Shown here piece by piece: positions 63,051-64,000 of a DNA stretch of 64,000 nucleotides. A program made the translations under genes and the position numbers. Origin of the DNA: Podarcis cretensis (taxonomy: Eukaryota); assembly GCA_951804945.1 (NCBI GenBank), contig OX638162.1, positions 10,726,001 through 10,790,000 on the forward strand. The letters run 5' to 3'. Position 1 is the stretch's first letter. Each line of letters opens with the position of its first letter. The notes under the pieces are model-generated. The model saw only the letters and a program-made list of their open reading frames with translations, was not told the DNA's origin and searched no databases.

Positions 63051-63660
63051 GAGAGGGGGCTTGGCACCATAGTCAATAGCATAAAATGAAGATGTCCGCT
63101 CACTCCTTCTTGGGCAGGCAGCTTTGAGAGCAGGCCCCAGCCCTCCTCTGTGAACCAGCCTATTGAAGGCAAGATTGTCCCCTTGCCACCAAATTGGCAA
63201 ATGGTGGCAGAAATCAGAGGGCGTTCCCCTGGGCGCAGTGCCAACTGACCGACAGTGGCGCTTGGCACCATGCCCAGGGCAGGGATAAATTCCTGGCCTG
63301 TGGGGCCTTTCGGCCTCTCTCTCACCACACCGGTTCTTCCTTGTGGAAGCTGCAATTGTCCTAAGGGGTGCTTTCCTCCAGACACAATCTAAGATCTGAA
63401 TCACAAGATCAGCCTCCCACCATCCCTTGAGATCATGAACACTGAGAAGCGTATCATAAATCACTGGTGCTATCTCCCTTTTTCTGATCTGTTTGTTGTA
63501 GGCACTCCTGCTCAAACAATGTGATAGCTCTGTGGGTATCTGGGTCACTGTCCAACTTTCTAGCAAAACTGAGAACTTGCAGAGCATGCAGTCAATTTGG
63601 GATTGCACTTGGGACTGGGGCTAGCCAGCCTCTCCTGTGAGAACAGCATGTCCTAGAAAG
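62866..63660 (-). mobile_element. Degenerate L1-like fragment interrupted by a GC-rich insert and (GAAA)n
   Basis: LKGWWEADLVIQILDCVW resembles the L1 ORF2 W-E-x-D-L motif; AATAAA on the minus strand near 62866. Confidence 0.45.
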
Positions 63661-64000
63661 AACATTTTTTTGTTTTGTTTTTTAGCATCACTTCAGCAAG
63701 GGGAAAACAATCCCTTCATGCACCAAAACTGTCAAGTGCCATCTTGAATAAAACATGGGAGGGGGTAAGCACACTATTTGAATGGCAATGTCCATCAACT
63801 TTAGAGAGGCCTGGCTCCCTCAACTATTTTAGTGAGGGGCGGAATGAAGAGACCTTGGTCCCTAGGAGTTGGCTCCTATGCTAATAATCACTTTCAATTG
63901 CAACTTATTTAATTGACTTTCAACACAGAATTTTCTCTTGGGACCCCATAGTCTGTGCACACTGGTCCTCAGTATACCTCCTTGCCTATGTTGACTAGTC

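Noticed and set aside
62867-63608. 172-aa and 204-aa minus-strand ORFs
   Set aside because: Span degenerate repeat fragments and a (GAAA)n tract; not a coherent protein
4954-63884. Remaining 60-120 aa ORFs in the track
   Set aside because: Antisense shadows of exons, repeat-derived or chance ORFs without motifs

Overview
Eukaryotic genomic DNA from a squamate reptile. The Sauria SINEs, CR1/L2/RTE-X LINEs and hAT/mariner MITEs fit a lizard, probably a lacertid (inference). The whole window lies inside the MYO9A gene (myosin-IXa: motor, IQ, C1 and RhoGAP domains) on the minus strand. I traced 31 exons with GT-AG boundaries and consistent phases (5648 nt, about 1882 codons) from the motor domain to the penultimate coding exon; both gene ends lie outside the window. 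The last intron holds nested insertions: an L1 3' end, the 3' half of a class II endogenous retrovirus, and a young Sauria SINE inside its integrase. The ERV is the most unusual object. It has an alpharetrovirus (ASLV)-type envelope behind a 98-aa leader resembling the HERV-K Rec / MMTV Rem RNA-export proteins, followed by a tandem pair of RNA hairpins before the PPT and 3' LTR. This is a candidate protein-plus-response-element export system in a reptile retrovirus. Other points: a TSD-flanked chimeric insertion that copied local DNA, a CpG-rich promoter-like insert upstream of ATG-starting tail exons, a Leu-to-Arg change in the conserved motor GMLET motif, candidate poison splicing in loop 2, and several inverted repeat pairs. 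All homology calls come from recognition of motifs, not database searches.
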